In this document: one piece after another, positions 59,465 to 64,000 of the stretch
How positions within the stretch are numbered: position 1 is the stretch's first letter
Layout: the number at the start of each line of letters is the position of its first letter
Assembly (NCBI GenBank): GCA_964534625.1
Contig: CAZHRF010000007.1
Location: 11,170-75,169 of the forward strand
DNA: 64,000 nt
Direction of reading: 5' to 3'
Source: an uncultured archaeon
Lineage (GTDB): Archaea > Asgardarchaeota > Heimdallarchaeia > Heimdallarchaeales > Heimdallarchaeaceae
Made by a program: the position numbers and the translations under genes
The notes under the pieces: generated by a model
Databases searched by the model: none
The model's input: the letters and a program-made list of their open reading frames with translations, nothing else
Told to the model about the DNA's origin: nothing

Positions 59465-60112
59465 ATGAGTAATTATCTGCTAATATTTGATTTGGATGGT
59501 ACATTAGTTAATTCAAAAATAGAGTATAATGAACTGAAAGCTGATTTAAGAGCATTAATACATGAGATGGTTTCAGAGAAAGAGTATGAACTCATAACTG
59601 GTGTTTCAAGATCAATTTTGGAACTGGTTGAATTAATAGCTAAAAAAGATCTAAATGGTCAAAAAACAAAAAAGGCATGGGAAATAGTTGAGGATTATGA
59701 GTTGAGGGGTTATGAAAATGTAGAAATAGATCCAGATGTTATTCCAACTCTCGAAAAAATCAAATCGAATGGACATATAATTGCCATTCTCACTAATAAT
59801 TCCAAAAAATTGACTCGAATAGCAATGAAAAAGTATGAATTTGATAAATATATTACCGAAGTAATTACCAGAGACGATGTTAAGAGAACAAAACCAGATC
59901 CAGAAGGGATAAAGAAATTAATGACTAAATTTGATAAAAACGCAGACAAGACTATTTTCATTGGTGATTCTTGGCTTGATGCTCAAGCAGCAGAAAATGC
60001 CGGTGTACAATTTATTTATTTTAGGGATAAAGCATTTACAAGGGATAAAAAGAAAAAACCAACAGACATAAAATTAATAGATACAATAAACGAAATTTTA
60101 GAGTTTATTTAA
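59465..60112 (+). CDS. HAD superfamily hydrolase (phosphoglycolate phosphatase-like)
   Basis: Motif I LIFDLDGTLVNS, motif II LTNNS, motif III K(R)TKPDP, motif IV IGDSWLD. Confidence 0.8.
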   Translation: MSNYLLIFDLDGTLVNSKIEYNELKADLRALIHEMVSEKEYELITGVSRSILELVELIAKKDLNGQKTKKAWEIVEDYELRGYENVEIDPDVIPTLEKIKSNGHIIAILTNNSKKLTRIAMKKYEFDKYITEVITRDDVKRTKPDPEGIKKLMTKFDKNADKTIFIGDSWLDAQAAENAGVQFIYFRDKAFTRDKKKKPTDIKLIDTINEILEFI

Positions 60113-60172
60113 AAATAACATGATTTAAATACTGTTGATAGGAAGTACATAACAACATCTATAAAAAAGTGA

Positions 60173-62005
60173 GTGAATATGGTAAAATTAAGATTGTATT
60201 TTAGAGGATTACTGACTTTGTCCTCGTTGTGGGGCATGGTATTCGCCTTAATAATTGGTATAAATCTCATTATTATGTTTTTTGGAGATCCTGAAATGGC
60301 ACCAATGGCATTACTTACATGGGTGCCTGTATTATTAGCATTGGGAATTGTGTTTTTTCAATTCCTTATAGGACCATTTATTATGGATTTAATGCTACGA
60401 TTTGTCTACAATATGACTTGGATTGAAGTTGAACAGTTACCTCCTCATTTAAAACAATTTGTTGAACAAAAATCGCAAGAACATGGTATATCGATAAAAA
60501 AAATAGGCATGATTCATGATCAGAATCCAGAAGCCTTTACATATGGGCATTTCAAAAAGAATGCAAGAATAGTTCTTTCGGATGGTATTCTTACATTATT
60601 AAATCCCGACGAACAAATAGCAGTAGTAGCACATGAGATGGGACATATCGCAAATAGAGATTTCTTATTCATGACAATGGCTAGTGCAGTCCCAATACTA
60701 TTTTACGTTATATATTCAAGTAGTAGAGGAATAATGAGGTTTTCTAGATTTACTTCATCTAGTAGTAGCAAAGGTAAAGATAATAGTGCAGCTATAATTG
60801 TTGCAACAATGTTAATGATAATGGTTGTGTCGTATATTTTTTATTTTATCAGCCAGTTTGTGGTTCTATTCTTAAGTCGAGTGAGAGAATATTATGCAGA
60901 TAATTTTTCTGGGAAAAATACTGGAAAACCCGCTTCTCTTGCAAATGCACTGGTAAAAATTGCGTATGGATTAGTACGCACAGAATCTCATTATAGTGAA
61001 CAGATTGAAAATGATAAGGTGGACAGTCGAACAAGAGTTAGTATGAATAGAAGGAGAGGATTCAGCCATGCTATTCGTTCCCTCAATATTTCCGAAGTTG
61101 GAACATCAAAAGGTTTTGTACAAACAGCATATGGAACTTCAGATATGACTGCACAACAAACAGTTCAAAAACAAGCCCCCTCAATTAATCCTGAAATTGT
61201 AGCAAAAGCTGGCGCATGGGATTTAGAGAGCCCTTGGGCTACTGTAATTGAGTTACAGTCAACTCATCCTCTAATAGCTAAAAGAATACTTGCTCTAGAA
61301 GACCAAGCAGAAGACATGAATCAACAAAGATCTTTTCCGGGGTTGGGTACTATACAAATTAAAGGTGATTTATGGGGTAAATTTTTCGTGGATTTATTCT
61401 TAAACTATTTTGCTCCGACACTTCTTATAGCAATACCTGTTATAAGCGTAATAGTCTCACTTATTGTTGGATACCACTTTTTATTGGGGTTAGGCATAGG
61501 TTTGATTTTATCTGGTCTCTTATGGGTTTGGCGAATATATGTAAGATTTCCAAAAGTTAAAGATCCAAAATTAATTACGGTAGAAGGTGCTATTACAGAT
61601 ATTACTGCCAAAGGTTTTGCGGGTGCTTCACCTATTAGAGGTAAACCAATTAAGCTTCAGGGGATGATAATAGGCAGAGGACAAGCAGGCTATTATTTAA
61701 GCGGTGATACTGTTATAAGGGATCGCACGGGTATAATGAGATTACTTTATAATCCAATAATTGGCTTGCTAAGACTATTTGCAGCTCTAACTAAAGTGGA
61801 CAAATTAATTGGCTCTCAAGCAACAGCAATAGGTTGGTATAGACGAGCTAATAGTCCTTATGTTGAAATAAAAAGGATTGAATCAATTGAAGGAAGAAAA
61901 ATGCGTTCTTTCAGAGACACACTAAATTGGGTTTTGGTGTGGGTATTATTTGGCGTAGGATTAATCTGTATTATAAGGGTCGCTGGTATCGCTCTTGGTT
62001 TTTAA
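60173..62005 (+). CDS. M48 family zinc metalloprotease (HtpX-like) with long C-terminal membrane/beta extension
   Basis: HExxH in VVAHEMGHIANRD, a downstream REYYAD glutamate block and multiple TM helices. Confidence 0.8.
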   Translation: MNMVKLRLYFRGLLTLSSLWGMVFALIIGINLIIMFFGDPEMAPMALLTWVPVLLALGIVFFQFLIGPFIMDLMLRFVYNMTWIEVEQLPPHLKQFVEQKSQEHGISIKKIGMIHDQNPEAFTYGHFKKNARIVLSDGILTLLNPDEQIAVVAHEMGHIANRDFLFMTMASAVPILFYVIYSSSRGIMRFSRFTSSSSSKGKDNSAAIIVATMLMIMVVSYIFYFISQFVVLFLSRVREYYADNFSGKNTGKPASLANALVKIAYGLVRTESHYSEQIENDKVDSRTRVSMNRRRGFSHAIRSLNISEVGTSKGFVQTAYGTSDMTAQQTVQKQAPSINPEIVAKAGAWDLESPWATVIELQSTHPLIAKRILALEDQAEDMNQQRSFPGLGTIQIKGDLWGKFFVDLFLNYFAPTLLIAIPVISVIVSLIVGYHFLLGLGIGLILSGLLWVWRIYVRFPKVKDPKLITVEGAITDITAKGFAGASPIRGKPIKLQGMIIGRGQAGYYLSGDTVIRDRTGIMRLLYNPIIGLLRLFAALTKVDKLIGSQATAIGWYRRANSPYVEIKRIESIEGRKMRSFRDTLNWVLVWVLFGVGLICIIRVAGIALGF

Positions 62006-62170
62006 TCTCTTTGTGCTTTAACCTTACAAATCCTTTTTTTCTCTTTTTCAAGTTAAATTTAGAGAGTAACTATTCTTCTATTTTTTTTATGTTAAACAAT
62101 AAAGAAGTGCTAATACTCAATATTTAAATATAGACCATAGAACTTTTGTTTGTTATTAGGTGAAATATAT

Positions 62171-63124
62171 ATGAGTGAAGATGAAAAGTCTGATGTTCAT
62201 TCAGAGGAAGTTACAGAAGAAGAAACTAAAGAAGAAACAATTTTAGAAAAATATCAGAAGGCAGGAAATGTAGCCAAAAATATTCTTCAATCATTGAAAG
62301 AAATGGCTAAACCTGGCGTTAAGGTAATGGATTTATGTAAAAAAGCTGATGATATGATTGCGGAAGCAAACATGAAACCAGCATTTCCTCTAAATGTGTC
62401 AATCAACAATCATTGTGCCCATTATACAGCTGCATGGAAAGATGAGTTGGTGCTTAAAGAAGAAGATATAGTTAAATTAGATTGTGGGGTTCATTATGAT
62501 GGATACATTGCAGATACAGCTCTCACAATAGCTTTTGATGACGTTCATAACGATTTAATAAAAGCTTCCCAAGAAGCAACTAATACTGCTGTAAAGTTCA
62601 TCAGAGCAGGAGGTTACACAGGTAAATTAGGCGATTTGATTGAAAATATCATCGAAGGAGCTGGTTTTACAAGTGTTAAAGATCTCTCTGGTCATCTATT
62701 AATGCAATATACTTTACATGGGCCAAAACAAGTACCCTGTGTTTCAGGACGTCAAGGAGACCTGATTCTCCAAGATGAAGCATATGCAATAGAAACATTT
62801 GCTTCAACAGGTGCAGGACAATCACATGCTGATAAAACCAAAATGTACATAGTTCAATTAGCTGAAGGAAGATTTCCATTAAGAACCAGAGCAGCAAAGG
62901 ATGTACTTAATCTAATGGATAGAGAATATCATCGATTACCAGTTGCAACAAGATGGATATATAAAGAATTAGGCGCTGCAAAAGCAAAAATGGGTATAAG
63001 AGAATTAGAAATGAAAGGTGCGTTATACAGACACTATGTTTTATGTGATACAAAAGAAGCTATGGTATCGCAGCATGAGCATACTGTCTATATAAGTGAA
63101 GAAGGACCGATACAAACAACATAA
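62171..63124 (+). CDS. map: Methionine aminopeptidase, type 2
   Basis: All five metal ligands are recognisable (KLDCGVH, IADTA, LSGH, AIETF, QHEHTV). ATG 62171 is preceded by an SD-like GGTGA (62159-62163) and is preferred over the TTG at 62150. Confidence 0.9.
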   Translation: MSEDEKSDVHSEEVTEEETKEETILEKYQKAGNVAKNILQSLKEMAKPGVKVMDLCKKADDMIAEANMKPAFPLNVSINNHCAHYTAAWKDELVLKEEDIVKLDCGVHYDGYIADTALTIAFDDVHNDLIKASQEATNTAVKFIRAGGYTGKLGDLIENIIEGAGFTSVKDLSGHLLMQYTLHGPKQVPCVSGRQGDLILQDEAYAIETFASTGAGQSHADKTKMYIVQLAEGRFPLRTRAAKDVLNLMDREYHRLPVATRWIYKELGAAKAKMGIRELEMKGALYRHYVLCDTKEAMVSQHEHTVYISEEGPIQTT

Positions 63125-63253
63125 AAACACTTTTTTTTTCTCAATTATTATTTCGATTCAATTTCTGTGCGATTGTCTCTAGTTTTCAATTTTTTTTTCG
63201 AGAGTAAAATCTTATAAGCATTAGACGAACTAAAGGATATTCGATGTTTATTG

Positions 63254-64000
63254 ATGAGTATAATGATAGAAGTGTACAGATTAGCTTATTTCGTTTTAAT
63301 TCTGATATGTTGGATCTATTTTCTCTATCTATTAAAAACAAATATTCCATTCAACAATAAGATAGAAAATTTACCACCTGTTTCAATTATTGTTCCCACG
63401 TTAAATGAAGAAAAAAATATCGAAAGATGCCTTAAAAGTTTAACTCACTTGGATTACCCTAATAAAGAAATCATAGTTGTTGATGGTGGGTCAATTGATA
63501 ATACAGTTCAACTAAGTGAGTGTCTCGCAGATATTGTTATACTAGATGAAGAGTTACCAAATGATTGGGTAGGCAAAAACCACAGTTGTTATTTAGGCTA
63601 TCAAGCAAGTAAGGGGGACTATTTACTTTTCACAGATGCAGATACGCATCATGAATCTGAGTCTCTGAAAAAAACTATAGGGTTATTAATGAACTCTGAA
63701 GCCATATTATTGTCTATGCTACCTTTTCAAAAAGCTGAAAAATGGTATGAATATCTTATTAGTTATTTCTTTTTCCTTAGCTGGTTGGTGGGGGGATCGT
63801 TAGGACAAATAAATAAAAAAGAAAACAAACACTCCTTTATGGCTATAGGACAGTATATGCTTTTCAAGAGAGAAGGATATGAGAGAATAGGTGGTCATTT
63901 TGCTATTTCATCTATAATATTAGAAGACGTGGCTTTTGCACGATTAGTAAAAGACAAAGGTGAGGGGTTATTATTCATCAATTCAGATCAATTAGTCTCT
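63254..64000 (+). CDS. Family 2 glycosyltransferase (3' end outside window)
   Basis: Not in the ORF track because there is no in-window stop. N-terminal TM helix, then VSIIVPTLNEEKNI, IIVVDGGSIDNT and LLFTDADTHH (DxD-type) GT-A blocks. The frame is open to nt 64000. Confidence 0.7.
   Translation, partial: MSIMIEVYRLAYFVLILICWIYFLYLLKTNIPFNNKIENLPPVSIIVPTLNEEKNIERCLKSLTHLDYPNKEIIVVDGGSIDNTVQLSECLADIVILDEELPNDWVGKNHSCYLGYQASKGDYLLFTDADTHHESESLKKTIGLLMNSEAILLSMLPFQKAEKWYEYLISYFFFLSWLVGGSLGQINKKENKHSFMAIGQYMLFKREGYERIGGHFAISSIILEDVAFARLVKDKGEGLLFINSDQLVS

Noticed and set aside
62171-62260. Acidic ~28-residue N-terminal extension of MetAP2 as a sign of an EBP1/PA2G4-like non-enzymatic paralog
   Set aside because: All five metal-binding residues of type-2 MetAP are retained, so it reads as an ordinary active aminopeptidase with a short acidic leader.
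1-64000. Looked for CRISPR arrays, rRNA and tRNA genes
   Set aside because: I found no regularly spaced direct repeats and no GC-rich cloverleaf-like or rRNA-like stretches. The only recurring non-coding sequence is the IS-type hairpin at 20.3, 49.9 and 50.9 kb.

Overview
AT-rich archaeal chromosomal segment. Archaeal hallmarks are TFB, RNA polymerase subunit P, aSUI1/eIF1, an archaeal/eukaryal-type GlyRS, a type-2 MetAP and a four-subunit pyruvate:ferredoxin oxidoreductase. I support about 60 protein genes, three decayed genes and one IS200/IS605-type remnant; I recognised no rRNA, tRNA or CRISPR array. The most interesting part is the first ~11 kb, which looks accessory. It holds a tightly overlapping four-gene operon: an SF2 DExH helicase that runs off the 5' edge, a DUF1998 zinc protein, a single-HKD PLD nuclease and an unrecognisable 876-aa protein. 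That is a DISARM-like core (DrmA/B/C) with a non-canonical fourth partner and no methyltransferase in view. It is followed by a B12-binding-like radical SAM gene with a frameshifted, truncated tandem paralog that abuts the cassette, two small nuclease-fold-like ORFs and a TPR protein. The remaining ~50 kb is mostly housekeeping, transport and metabolism: ACR3, PiT/DUF47, MFS, GH31, the POR operon, an S9 peptidase, an Lpd-like oxidoreductase, HAD hydrolases, an M48 protease, TatD and a Get3-like ATPase. Notable oddities there:
- a bacterial/eukaryal class II CCA-type nucleotidyltransferase
- three DegV paralogs
- a radical SAM gene whose Cys motif is split by a Cys-rich insert
- an internally deleted TnpB element with hairpin ends, plus a solo hybrid hairpin 29.5 kb away
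- an unlisted 48-codon rpoP gene
All functional calls come from motif-level reading of the translations. No database search was run.
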